A stretch of 64,000 bases of DNA from Fimbriimonadales bacterium (GTDB lineage Bacteria; Armatimonadota; Fimbriimonadia; Fimbriimonadales; ATM1), in the NCBI GenBank assembly GCA_051003155.1, contig JBPCLO010000027.1, positions 37,014 through 101,013 on the forward strand, in the 5' to 3' direction. The notes beneath the pieces are model-generated. The model was given only the letters and a program-made list of their open reading frames with translations. It ran no database searches and had not been told where the DNA came from. The translations under genes were made by a program, and so were the position numbers. Below, piece by piece: positions 29,306 through 39,174 of this stretch; position 1 is the first letter of the stretch, and each line of letters opens with the position of its first letter.

Positions 29306-29726
29306 AGAGCTTGGCCCTGGCAGCGTCCATCTCGGCCGCGAACGCGTCGGCGGGCAGGTACCCGAGGATCTTGTGCACGACGTTGCCTTCAGAGTCCAGG
29401 AATAGGATCGCCGGAAAGCCGTCTATGGCGTGCTTCTTGACGAGTTCGGGGCCTTCGCCCTTCTCGCCGTCTATCTTGATCGGGACAAACTGTCCCGCTC
29501 GCCGGATCACGGAATCTTGGGTGTAGGTCTCCGCGTCCAGCTTCTTGCAGTATCCTCACCAATCGGTATAGAAGTCCGCCATCACGAGGGTCTTATCGGA
29601 CGCGGCCTTCCCAAGCGCGGACTGGATGTCCCCGGTGTGCCACATGATGCCGGTGCCTGTTTCAGTTTCCTTCTGACAAGAGACGGCGACGAGCGCCAAC
29701 AGCGGCAGAAGCCGGATGGGTTTCAT
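29304..29726 (-). CDS. thioredoxin-fold lipoprotein with in-frame TGA at the CxxC site (candidate selenoprotein, UGYC)
   Basis: MKPIRLLPLLALVAVSC lipobox ... ADFYTDW(TGA)GYCKKLD ... IDGFPAILFLDSEG. TGA at 29556-29558 is codon 57 of 141. Confidence 0.8.
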
Positions 29727-29729
29727 GAC

Positions 29730-30116
29730 CTAATATATGTCGTGAAGGCCGAAGTTGTTCGCTTCGACGACTCCAAGCTCGTCTTCCTCGAAGTATCCGT
29801 CTAGGTCGCACGAGGCATGCCCGGCGGCCGCCATCGGTTCGGTCTCAGGACTCACTTCAACAGAACAGTCCACATTCTGCCGGCTGATGTGAAAAACCAA
29901 CCAGGGGTTTTCGGGCATCTTCTTGGCTGCCCTTTGAGCGTCGGGGACCTGTAGCCACGACTTCCCCGGAGCTTTAAAGAAGACCTCGAACCCCTCCTGC
30001 GCTCGACCGGTGAGGACAAGCGCGTAGCCCCTTGAGGGCAAGTCTTCCGGAGGCAAGTCCACGGGCGGCGCTGTGCCAAAGCCAATTGTTGTCACGGCGA
30101 TAACGCTAATAAGCAT
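29730..30116 (-). CDS. hypothetical exported protein
   Basis: AGGAGG upstream and a hydrophobic N-terminus; ends 3 nt before the thioredoxin start. No family recognised. Confidence 0.55.
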   Translation of the reverse strand: MLISVIAVTTIGFGTAPPVDLPPEDLPSRGYALVLTGRAQEGFEVFFKAPGKSWLQVPDAQRAAKKMPENPWLVFHISRQNVDCSVEVSPETEPMAAAGHASCDLDGYFEEDELGVVEANNFGLHDIY

Positions 30117-30239
30117 ACTTCCTGTCCTCCTACAGCGTCGATTATATCAGATAGGACGGGATGGTGCAAGTTTTTGTTACTAGTGGAGTGTGTCAAACTT
30201 GCAACGCACGATTTTTGTCCACGGATAGGAGGAAGATAA

Positions 30240-30749
30240 ATGAAGTTGAAGATGGTCACTCTGGCGGCAGCCGCAGCGACATTTGCGGGAGCGGCGGCCC
30301 AGTCGGTAATTCCGACACCTCTCGGAATCATGATTCGGGCCGGGATTTTCAACCCCTCGAGCGGATCCGGCGGAGCGTTCGGCGAGAGCTGGTTCACGGC
30401 CGGGGTCGAGGTCGACATCCTGCGTCTCGGAATGGGCGGGCTGAATCCCATGCGCTCTAAGATCACCGTTTCGGTCGACACCTACAGTAAGAGTGGGGCC
30501 GCAAGCGTCCCGGTCCTCGTCAACTACGTTGGCTACATGCAGCGCATCAAGTACTCAGCCGGCATAGGGTTCAGCATCGCGGATCGTCCGGGCCATGACA
30601 GCTCGGCCAACTTCGCATACCAGGTATCGGCCGGCTATGACCTTCCTTGGGCGGGCCTGCCTTTGACTGCGGAGCTGCGCTACTTCGGTGTTCAAGGCGT
30701 CGGCACGGCCCTTGACGGTTTTGCGCTCACGCTCGGTTTCAGGCTGTAG
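30240..30749 (+). CDS. small outer-membrane beta-barrel protein
   Basis: Signal peptide; alternating amphipathic strands (FAYQVSAGYD, LTAELRY, FALTLGFRL); strong SD. Confidence 0.75.
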   Translation: MKLKMVTLAAAAATFAGAAAQSVIPTPLGIMIRAGIFNPSSGSGGAFGESWFTAGVEVDILRLGMGGLNPMRSKITVSVDTYSKSGAASVPVLVNYVGYMQRIKYSAGIGFSIADRPGHDSSANFAYQVSAGYDLPWAGLPLTAELRYFGVQGVGTALDGFALTLGFRL

Positions 30750-30765
30750 TATCCAGAAAGTGGAC

Positions 30766-30792
30766 TGAACATCTGCCGTGAGCCTGCGTTAA
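30766..30792 (+). promoter_or_regulatory. putative ECF-sigma autoregulatory promoter
   Basis: TGAACA-N15-CGTTAA immediately upstream of an ECF sigma gene; resembles the ECF -35 AAC / -10 CGT consensus. Confidence 0.45.
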
Positions 30793-30841
30793 AACCTATT
30801 GGAGGCGCAGCGAGTGGGAGATCACATTAGGAGCACGGGAA

Positions 30842-31440
30842 TTGTCGCGAGGCGACGCTAATCCGGGTGGGGACGAGAGCATCATTCAGCGGTGTCAGAC
30901 CACGGCCCGGACGCCTTCGGCTTGCTGATCGACCGATACGCCGCGCGGGTATTCGGCTTCGTTTCGCGCACGGTGCGGGACCGCGACGACGCCGAAGACA
31001 TCGCGCAGGAGGTCTTCGTTCGAGCGTTTCAGAGCCCGGGAAGGTTCGATGACCGGGCCTCCTATCTAACCTGGCTCTTCAAGATCGCAACGAACTTAAG
31101 CGTCGACCGCGCGCGGAAGATGGGCCGAGGGCCGGCGTTTGTGTCCTTTGGGAATGACGCAGATTCTCATCGAGCATCCGCAATTTCCGATGTGCACGCG
31201 GACCCGGAGAGCCGGGCCATCGTCGGAGAGATGGAGTCGGCGATCAAGGCCGCTATTTCCGGTCTTTCAGACAAGCTGCGAACAACGCTCCTGTTGCATG
31301 ACCTCGAACGACAATCGTACGAGGAAATTGCCGAGATACGGGAAGTGCCGGTCGGTACAGTGTAATCTCGCCTCTTCCAGGCTAGGACGCGGCTTCAGGA
31401 AGCGATCGCAGATTACATAAACGAGGAGGGAGGGAAATGA
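30842..31440 (+). pseudogene. ECF RNA polymerase sigma factor, disrupted
   Basis: DAEDIAQEVFVRA and TWLFKIATN motifs; SYEEIA...VGTV*SRLFQAR has TAA at 31363-31365. The N-terminus (DESIIQRCQ) is in another frame, implying a frameshift near 30895. Confidence 0.8.
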
Positions 31441-31892
31441 TTCGTGAACTCCTGCGAAAGATCGAGAAAGGATTATCGCTGACTGAGGAAGAGGTGGCAA
31501 TGGTCGAGAAAATCATGGCCGAGGAGGAACAAGAAATCGACCTCAACAGTCTCCTGTCCGAGCAACACCCAGGCGAGATCTGGAGGCGCGAGCTCGACGC
31601 AAGAATCGACGATATTACACGGAAGCGGCGACTTTGGGGGAGGCCGCAGGTTCGCTTGGCGCTCTCAGGGGCGTTGGCGGCAGCGGCCGTCGCCGCATTT
31701 GTTCTCATGGCCAGGGGCCGCTTCGAAGCCCCTGGGCCGGAGCAAATGCTTCAGTGGCACGAGGAGGCGGTGGCGTCCACGCTCCTTCCAGGTGACGGCG
31801 CCAACCTCGGCGCATTCTCGACGATGCCGTGCCAGCCCGTGCCGGGCGACAAGAACGACCCGCTCTGCGACGGATCGTTACTCTCGCTATGA
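31437..31892 (+). CDS. putative membrane anti-sigma factor
   Basis: ATGA-coupled to the sigma gene; acidic N-terminus and a single TM helix. Confidence 0.6.
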   Translation: MIRELLRKIEKGLSLTEEEVAMVEKIMAEEEQEIDLNSLLSEQHPGEIWRRELDARIDDITRKRRLWGRPQVRLALSGALAAAAVAAFVLMARGRFEAPGPEQMLQWHEEAVASTLLPGDGANLGAFSTMPCQPVPGDKNDPLCDGSLLSL

Positions 31893-32827
31893 GACCCCTC
31901 GCCGTACTGGTTGTCTCTTATGCGCTTGTAGGTGCGCTCGCCCAAGAAACCGATCCGCGGATTGTCGCGTCCCTCCAGCGCTCGCTCAAGGGGCAGGACG
32001 GCCTCAAATATAGCGGCGAGCGGCATGTAGAACTCGTTGTAGGTGGAGAGAGAAAGGTTCTCATCGAGTACGTTCTGCGCTCCGGCGCGCGCTCGAGAAT
32101 TACCTACCCTAACGACTCGCCGCGCCGTGGATTCGTCATCGTGGAAACGCCTCAGGGACGATGGGAATACGACCCTAAAAGGAACGAAATCCGCGTTTCG
32201 AGCCCCAAGCGGGGCGATTCGCTGCGAATCATGGGAGCACTCGTAAGATCAGCGCAAACCCGCAGGCTCAAAGTGTCTGCATTAGAGCAAGAAATGATCG
32301 CAGGCCGCAAAGCCAGCGGCTATGCTTTCTAAGACTCGAACGGTAACGTCGCTCGCAGGGTCTGGCTGGATGACGAAACGGGCCTCATTCTCAAGGCGGA
32401 GCACACGGGCAAGGTCGGCGAACGGCTCGCAGCTTTCGAGTACGTTCGCGTTAACTATAATCCCGCGATCGAAGCCGACGACTTCGCCCCGCTAACCCGC
32501 CAGGGCGCGAGGGTCGTCACTAATGAGCCACATTTCGATGTGCCGTGGACGGTCCTTGGGCCACAATGGCTCCCCGGCGGCTTCAAGGAAATTCGCCGAG
32601 GCATGAGGAAATTCAAGGGCAAAGTAATTTTGATGTTGCATTACAGCGACGGCCGCCGGAACTTTACGATCTTCCAGGGCGAAGGCACGAAGACTCCTTC
32701 ACTGCCCGAAAGAAATCGACGTGGCGTCTCCCTGCGCTCGAAATCGTATGACGACGTCTGATCGACAATCGTTGGGCGTTTGAAACCGGAAACTCTCGAC
32801 CGCGTCCTGCTGTCTTTAAAAGGGTAG
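31889..32827 (+). pseudogene. MucB/RseB-like (LolA-fold) sigma regulatory protein, disrupted
   Basis: One frame with in-frame TAA (32330-32332) and TGA (32759-32761). Contains RRVWLDDETGLILKAE, PQWLPGGF and LHYSDG..NFTIFQ. Confidence 0.75.
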
Positions 32828-32868
32828 CCGAAGCGGCAAGGCCGCCCATTGCGCAATAATTACTTAGA

Positions 32869-35229
32869 ATGCCAGGGCCTACACCACCCGTAAAAGGACG
32901 GAAAATTTCTCCCAAGAATCCATGGATGAGGCGCTTCAAGCGCGCCCTCTGGGCGAGTGTCGCGCTCTTGCTCGGCATGTTCATCGCCTTTGGCGCCTAT
33001 GTGTGGGTTATTTTCAACTCACTCGATGCAAAGGTTGCGCTGCTCCCCAAGAAGCAAGCCGACCTCCGTCGTAGCCCCACCGAAATACTTTCCGCCGACG
33101 GCATCGTCCTGTGCAGGTTGGCTACGGAAATGCGCGAGCATGTGAGCTATCAAGACATCCCGAAGAGGATCATCAACGCCACGATCGCAGCCGAAGACAT
33201 TCGCTTCAACCAGCACAGCGGCGTCGACCTAACGGCCATTGTCCGAGCCATTTGGACAAACTTGAGGTCAGGTTCGGTGAGACAAGGCGGCAGCACAATT
33301 ACCCAGCAGGTTGCTAAGAGGCTCCTGACCACCGGTGACCGAACATTTCGCCGAAAGATCGAAGACGCGTGCCTGGCCCTCCAGATAGAGCGCAAATACT
33401 CCAAAGAGCAAATCATGGAGATCTATCTCAACCAAGTGTACTACGGAGCCCAAGCCTATGGAATCAAGGCAGCTGCAGACGTCTATTTCGGAAGGCCGCT
33501 CGATGAGTTGAGCCTTAGCCAGACCGCCTTGCTTGCGCGCCTGCCACGTCGGCCATCCGACGAAAACCCGTTCGTGGACATGGAGGCCGCCAAGGCAAAC
33601 CGTGACGTCGTGCTGCAGATCATGCTCGAAGAAAACATGATCGAGCCCGACGACCAGGATCGAGCGATGAAGGAGAGGGTTCGGCTAGTCTCTGCGAAAC
33701 CGATCAGAGGGGTCGGCATCAAACATTCCCCCTACTTCGTTACTTGGGTACTTGAAGCCCTTCGCGACCGTTTTCCGAACGAGGATTATGCGCGTGGCGG
33801 CTACAAGGTTTACACGACGCTCAATTACAAAGCTCAAGTCGAAGTGGAAGACGCCGTGGAGGCGACGATTCGCCGCAACCGGCACAGACGGGTGACGGAG
33901 GGGGCGATGGTCGTCATAGATACCAACGGCGAGGTCGTCGCCATGGTGGGCGGCCTCGATTTCAACCGCTCTCAATACAACATCATCACCCAGGGGCACC
34001 GGCAACCAGGAAGCTCCTTCAAGCCGTTCGTGTACGCCACGGCCCTGGAACTGGGCACGATCCACCCGAACTCGTCCGTTTCCAACGCGCGGATCGCTTA
34101 CCGCGACCCAAGCAGCGGCCGCGTCTGGCGTCCTAAGGGCGGCGGCAGAGGCGGATCCATGAGTCTGCGATCGGCTTTCATCAATTCGGTAAATATTCCA
34201 GCTATTCACGTCAATATCGACGTCGGTCCAGAGAACGTCGCCCGGTTCGCCAAGGATGTGTTCGGTTTTCGCTCCGAACTCTTCCCAGGCCCGGCTCTCG
34301 CCCTCGGCTCGAGCGCTGTCAGCCCGCTGGAAATGGCCCAAGCGTATAGCGTGTTCGCCACAGGTGGAAACCGGGCCACGCCCTACGGTATCCGCCGCGT
34401 GGTAGGCCCCGAGGGCACGATCGTTGCAGACTTCAGGCCCTTGATCGCGCCCAATGTTCTCAGCGGCGGCACGGCAGAAACCCTTCGAGATCTGATGCGC
34501 GGAGTAGTGACTAGCGGTACGGGAACAGCCGCCGGATCCGTGCGCAATGCGTCTGGAAAAACCGGGACGACAAACAGTTATCAGGACGCATGGTTTTGCG
34601 GATTTACCGATAACTTGATCGGCATCGCCTGGGTGGCAAACGCAACCTACGACCCCGACAGCACGCCGGCCTGGAAATACGGCCGAATGGACGGCGTTAT
34701 GGGAGGCAAGGTCTCGGCGGTGATGTGGGCAAACGCGATCGGGCCAGTTCAGCGAATGTTCGACGGCAGGCCAACGCCCGCGAGGAACACCGACGAGGCT
34801 CAAATGCTCACCCAGGACGTAGGTGATACGATTCGAATTCGTGTCTGCAGCGAGTCGGGACTTCGGGCGCGACGGAGCTGCTCTTCGGTTCGCCGCGCGA
34901 TGGGACGCGACCAAATTGCGGAGCTCGGATGGTGCGATTTGGGCCACCCCCGCCAAAGCCGGGTCCGTGAGGCTGATCCGAATCCCGAGCCCGATCCTGA
35001 TCCAGGTCCGCCCGAAGACGCCGGACCTCCGGATGCTCCAGCACCACCAAATGCTCGAGACGACCCGTCCGCCAGGCCACCCACCGCTAGACGTCCTGCC
35101 GCGAACGTCAGCGTAGAAATTTGCGTCGAAACAGGCTTGCGCGCAACGACGTACTGCCGCCTCAAGCGACTTCAGAAGTTCCGCCGAGACTCGGAGCCGA
35201 TGGATACCTGCCACGTTCATAGACCGTAG
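32869..35229 (+). CDS. class A penicillin-binding protein (PBP1A family)
   Basis: EDIRFNQHSG, QGGSTITQQ, RKIED, QPGSSFKP, SVN and KTGT motifs. Confidence 0.93.
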   Translation: MPGPTPPVKGRKISPKNPWMRRFKRALWASVALLLGMFIAFGAYVWVIFNSLDAKVALLPKKQADLRRSPTEILSADGIVLCRLATEMREHVSYQDIPKRIINATIAAEDIRFNQHSGVDLTAIVRAIWTNLRSGSVRQGGSTITQQVAKRLLTTGDRTFRRKIEDACLALQIERKYSKEQIMEIYLNQVYYGAQAYGIKAAADVYFGRPLDELSLSQTALLARLPRRPSDENPFVDMEAAKANRDVVLQIMLEENMIEPDDQDRAMKERVRLVSAKPIRGVGIKHSPYFVTWVLEALRDRFPNEDYARGGYKVYTTLNYKAQVEVEDAVEATIRRNRHRRVTEGAMVVIDTNGEVVAMVGGLDFNRSQYNIITQGHRQPGSSFKPFVYATALELGTIHPNSSVSNARIAYRDPSSGRVWRPKGGGRGGSMSLRSAFINSVNIPAIHVNIDVGPENVARFAKDVFGFRSELFPGPALALGSSAVSPLEMAQAYSVFATGGNRATPYGIRRVVGPEGTIVADFRPLIAPNVLSGGTAETLRDLMRGVVTSGTGTAAGSVRNASGKTGTTNSYQDAWFCGFTDNLIGIAWVANATYDPDSTPAWKYGRMDGVMGGKVSAVMWANAIGPVQRMFDGRPTPARNTDEAQMLTQDVGDTIRIRVCSESGLRARRSCSSVRRAMGRDQIAELGWCDLGHPRQSRVREADPNPEPDPDPGPPEDAGPPDAPAPPNARDDPSARPPTARRPAANVSVEICVETGLRATTYCRLKRLQKFRRDSEPMDTCHVHRP

Positions 35230-35230
35230 C

Positions 35231-37009
35231 ATGTCGGCAATCGAACAGCAGCGCGGGCCTCAATTGAACTCGCAAGCATACATCCTGCCGATCACGGTGG
35301 GTATTGCGCTTATGGGCATCCTTCTCCGGCTCTGGTTCCTCCAAATCTTGCAAGGCGAAGAGCTCGGCCAGCAGGGACTGGAAGGTCGAACTGTGAGCAT
35401 CTCGGTTCCCCCACCACGCGGAGAAATCGTAGACCGGAGAGGGCTTGCTTTGGCGGGCGTGAAGTCGACCCTCGCCCTAATGGTTACTCCTGGGCCAATC
35501 ATGGACAAGCCAGAAATCGTTGGCCGACTCGCTCAGATCTGCTCGCTCGACAAGGCGGAACTGATGGGTGACATCAAGGAAAACTCTTACCGCAGATTCC
35601 TACCCTTCGTCGCCAAGCTGGGGATAACCTCCGAGCAGGCCGTTGCGGTCGAGGAGCAGAGAGCGTTCCTACCCGGCGTTTTCGTGAGGCCGGAATCGGT
35701 CAGACAGTACCCCTTTGGTCCGGCATCGGCTCACGTTATCGGATACGTCGGCGTTCCCAACAAGGAGGACGTCCGAAGGCTTTCCGAAGCCAATCGTGGC
35801 CTTCCTAGCTTTGTTGGCAAAGTCGGCGTCGAGCGCGTTTACGATGAGGCGCTGATGGGAATTGCCGGCAAGGATTGGGTCGAAGTGGATTCGCGTGGCA
35901 GCCAACTAAGAGCGCACAACTCGGATCCACCCATCCCCGGGAGCAAGGTTGTGCTGACCATCGACCTCCGGCTGCAGAAGGTCGCCGCGGAGCTCATGGC
36001 AGGTAGGAAAGGCGCGGTTGTCGCCCTCGATCCTCGCAGCGGGGAGATCCTCTGCATGGTCAGCGGGCCCTCGTTCGACCCGAACCTATTCGCTAGGCGA
36101 GCACCCCGGAAGCAGGTTCAGGCGATCCTCCGAAGCGAACTCCAGCCCATGCATGATCGCGCCAGCCGCAGCGCCTACGCCCCCGGCTCTAGTTTCAAAA
36201 TCGCCACACTCATCGGTGGCATCCAGACCGGCACGCTGACGCCGACCACCTCCTATCATTGCGCGGGCGGCCTACGTCTCGGCAGCCGCTTCTTTCGATG
36301 TCTAGGCCATCACGGCACGATCTCATATGAACGGGCTATGGAGAAGTCGTGCAACGTCTTCTTTGCCCAAGTGGGCCGTAGAGCCCAGGGAGAAGGAATG
36401 GCGAAGGCTGCGATCGGCCTCGGCCTCGGCGACAAAACTGGGGTTGATCTCCTCGGCGAAAATCCCGGGATTATTCCAAATGAAAAATGGATTAAGGAGC
36501 ACGAACGAACTTGGTACCCCGGTGACGCCATCAACATGGCCGTCGGCCAGGGATACGTCGAGGCTACCGCTCTCCAGATGGCGACGTACATCGCGACCGT
36601 AGCTAGCCGGGGCAAAAGGTATCGGCCGCACTTGCTGCGATCCACGATTCCACCGGGGGTCGAGGAGAAGCCGATCCGCTCGAAGCCTGAGCTCTTATCT
36701 GAAGTGGAGCTCAGTGATGACTGGTGGGACCGGATTCATCGAGCGTTGACTCGGGTCGTCCAAAGCGGAACCGCGCGCAGCGCCCAGATAAGCGGGATCA
36801 CCGTTGCAGGCAAGACGGGAAGCTCCGAACACCGCCGCGGCAAGTCGTCACATGGTTGGTTTGTCGCTTTCGCTCCTGTGGAGCACCCCCAGATTGCGAT
36901 CGCGGTTGTGCTCGAGGCCGGCGGTCATGGTGGATCGGTGGCGGCCCCCGTCGCAAGAGGCGTCATCGAAAAATACCTGCGAAGTAGATCTCAAGAAGCC
37001 TCCCGCTGA
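35231..37009 (+). CDS. mrdA: penicillin-binding protein 2
   Basis: PPRGEIVDR, YAPGSSFK, SCNVFF, GQG and AGKTGSSE motifs. Confidence 0.92.
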   Translation: MSAIEQQRGPQLNSQAYILPITVGIALMGILLRLWFLQILQGEELGQQGLEGRTVSISVPPPRGEIVDRRGLALAGVKSTLALMVTPGPIMDKPEIVGRLAQICSLDKAELMGDIKENSYRRFLPFVAKLGITSEQAVAVEEQRAFLPGVFVRPESVRQYPFGPASAHVIGYVGVPNKEDVRRLSEANRGLPSFVGKVGVERVYDEALMGIAGKDWVEVDSRGSQLRAHNSDPPIPGSKVVLTIDLRLQKVAAELMAGRKGAVVALDPRSGEILCMVSGPSFDPNLFARRAPRKQVQAILRSELQPMHDRASRSAYAPGSSFKIATLIGGIQTGTLTPTTSYHCAGGLRLGSRFFRCLGHHGTISYERAMEKSCNVFFAQVGRRAQGEGMAKAAIGLGLGDKTGVDLLGENPGIIPNEKWIKEHERTWYPGDAINMAVGQGYVEATALQMATYIATVASRGKRYRPHLLRSTIPPGVEEKPIRSKPELLSEVELSDDWWDRIHRALTRVVQSGTARSAQISGITVAGKTGSSEHRRGKSSHGWFVAFAPVEHPQIAIAVVLEAGGHGGSVAAPVARGVIEKYLRSRSQEASR

Positions 37010-39174
37010 ATCGAGTCCAGCCGGATTTCGATCTTCTTGCGAATGTCCACAAGCTTCTCTGCACCGTCGACGGATTCGCCGGCCAGCTTGAACGATCGGG
37101 CCTGTTCGACGAATTGCTGTAACTCTTCCAGCGTCATTCGCCACTCTAGGGCCACATCCGCGTCGGTTGCTCTGCGCCCGAGCTCTTTGCTCAATGCTTC
37201 CCTATCTTCTTCGACCTGTGTCAGCCCAGTAACCCGCAGGAGTTCCGGCAGCGTCTTGCTTTCGTATTCCCTTAGGATGTCGCGCGCGCCGGATAGCAAC
37301 GCAATCTCATTTTTCTTGTCGCCCCTGCCTCCGGCTCGGTTCGCAAGAAAAATGTGGGCGTCTACGGCATCCGTACTGACCAACCACGGCAAAGCCGAAA
37401 CGGCCTTGGCTTCGGTCTTGCCCGCGGTGATCAAGTCCTTGGCAGTGGCCTCCGCATTCGCCATGCGGCCATGCTCCACCAAAAAGTCTAGATATTTGCG
37501 CAGTGTGTAAGAGCTCTTGTGCTGCTGAGCCGCGGTCGCATAAGCCTGTCGCGCGTCCTCCAGCTTGCCACTAGCCTCGTACGCTTCGCCAAGCATCAAC
37601 AAATGCTTCGGTGTTGGCGCCAGATCCGCAGCTTTGTGCGCGCTGGCAACTGCTTCTTCGGGCCGGCGCATCGCAACGTCGACGCGGGACAACTCCGCGT
37701 GTGGCTGAGATGCCAGAGGGGTGGCAGATACGGCCGATCGCAGACGCCTTTCACCCACCTCGATCCTCCCTTCTCGAAGTGCGTACAGTCCAACCGACAT
37801 CTGGTACTGCGAAACCGCGACGACGACAAGGTAATAGAGCGCCGCCAGTGAAATCAGGCCAGCGCCGAGGGCTCGGCTCAGTAGAGGCGCGCGTTCCGGG
37901 GCAACCCCATCGACGGCGAGCAATAAGCCAATACCCAGAAAAGCGAATAAGGCCGTAGAGAACCCGAAATAGCTGAGGCTCGACTCGACGACCAAGTTGG
38001 CGCCCGCAGCGACCACCGCAGCCGCAATCCCCACTCGAAGGAGATTGATTTCGGCGGGCAACCCTTCATGCCTGCGCAGCACTGCTACGAACCAAACACC
38101 GGCGATAAGGAGCAGCAAGACGGCCGCTGGAACGCCAGACTCCGCGGCCATCTGCAAGTAGCTGTTGTGGGCGACTACCGAACCCTCGGTCGCCGTGAAA
38201 TTCTGGATTTCCTCACCGTATGTCCCTGCGCCCGAGCCGAATGCCGGATAAGCTTGCGCCATTTTGATGGTGTCCTTCCAGAGCTGTTGCCGGAATCCGA
38301 AAGACTGCTCCGCTTCCCGACCAGCCGCCATTAGCCTGCCACCCGCAGCTGATTTCTCCCCGACTGCAGATGCAAGCGACGATATCCCTACGACCAAAAA
38401 AGCCGCCAGGGCGGTGACCAACCCGAGGGCAACAAGATGCCGGCGGCCGAGCAAACGGTGGACGGCCGCAAAGGCGGCAAACGCCAGGAGGCCGACCGCA
38501 GCCGCAAGGAGCCCCCCTTTCGAGGCGGTAAGCCACAGGCCGACGCAGATTAACGAAGAACCCAGAACAAACAGCAGTCTTTCAGCACCCTGCTTCGACG
38601 ACAACGCGAGAGCAACCCCGACGGGGAGAACGACGGCGAACAGCCCCGCAACCGCGTTCGGGTTTTGCCAGCCCGCAAAAATGCGCCAATCGGGAGCGAT
38701 GCGCATCGACCTCATGAACTCGTTGAGTCCCGACAGAGCCACGAGCGTCGTTCCCACAAAGATAGCGATCAACGCAGACCTCGCCAACGTGCCGCGCCCG
38801 AGCAGTAGTACGCACCCAAACAGGGTGAACAGATACGACGTGTAGCGCGCGAGCTCGAGGATCGATTCGTGCTTAAACCGGCTTCCCATCACCGATATTC
38901 CGATCCAGACCCACAGGAAAAGCAACAGCGGCGCGATGAGCGGCCCCGGAATCTGCAACACATTCCGCCGGAAGGCGGCAATAGCAACCGCGAGCAAGAT
39001 GAACGTGGCGATCAGCGCGTGGTTCACCGCAGGATTCGTCCGGCTAACGAAAGCCGAGTACCAGAAGTCGGACCCGCTCATGGGCTCCGCGTCGAACAAG
39101 ACATGACCTCCTAACCACGGAGCGAGCGCCAGGCCGACGAGCAGGAGAATAGTCGGCAGAGTCGCAGCCTTCAT
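36991..39174 (-). CDS. O-antigen ligase / O-oligosaccharyltransferase-like membrane protein with TPR tail
   Basis: WQNPN, LTASKGG, FRQQLW, FGSGAGTY and AHNSYLQMAAESG (Wzy_C) motifs, followed by TPR-like helices. Confidence 0.85.
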   Translation of the reverse strand: MKAATLPTILLLVGLALAPWLGGHVLFDAEPMSGSDFWYSAFVSRTNPAVNHALIATFILLAVAIAAFRRNVLQIPGPLIAPLLLFLWVWIGISVMGSRFKHESILELARYTSYLFTLFGCVLLLGRGTLARSALIAIFVGTTLVALSGLNEFMRSMRIAPDWRIFAGWQNPNAVAGLFAVVLPVGVALALSSKQGAERLLFVLGSSLICVGLWLTASKGGLLAAAVGLLAFAAFAAVHRLLGRRHLVALGLVTALAAFLVVGISSLASAVGEKSAAGGRLMAAGREAEQSFGFRQQLWKDTIKMAQAYPAFGSGAGTYGEEIQNFTATEGSVVAHNSYLQMAAESGVPAAVLLLLIAGVWFVAVLRRHEGLPAEINLLRVGIAAAVVAAGANLVVESSLSYFGFSTALFAFLGIGLLLAVDGVAPERAPLLSRALGAGLISLAALYYLVVVAVSQYQMSVGLYALREGRIEVGERRLRSAVSATPLASQPHAELSRVDVAMRRPEEAVASAHKAADLAPTPKHLLMLGEAYEASGKLEDARQAYATAAQQHKSSYTLRKYLDFLVEHGRMANAEATAKDLITAGKTEAKAVSALPWLVSTDAVDAHIFLANRAGGRGDKKNEIALLSGARDILREYESKTLPELLRVTGLTQVEEDREALSKELGRRATDADVALEWRMTLEELQQFVEQARSFKLAGESVDGAEKLVDIRKKIEIRLDSIQREAS

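Noticed and set aside
32759..32761. In-frame TGA in the RseB-like gene as possible Sec or recoding
   Set aside because: Context (DDV*STIVG) fits TGG->TGA rather than a Cys site, the same gene also has a TAA, and TGA is used as a normal stop throughout the window.
33685..35232. 515-aa antisense ORF over PBP1A, and similar long antisense ORFs elsewhere
   Set aside because: Expected from GC-rich codon bias opposite real genes; no motifs.
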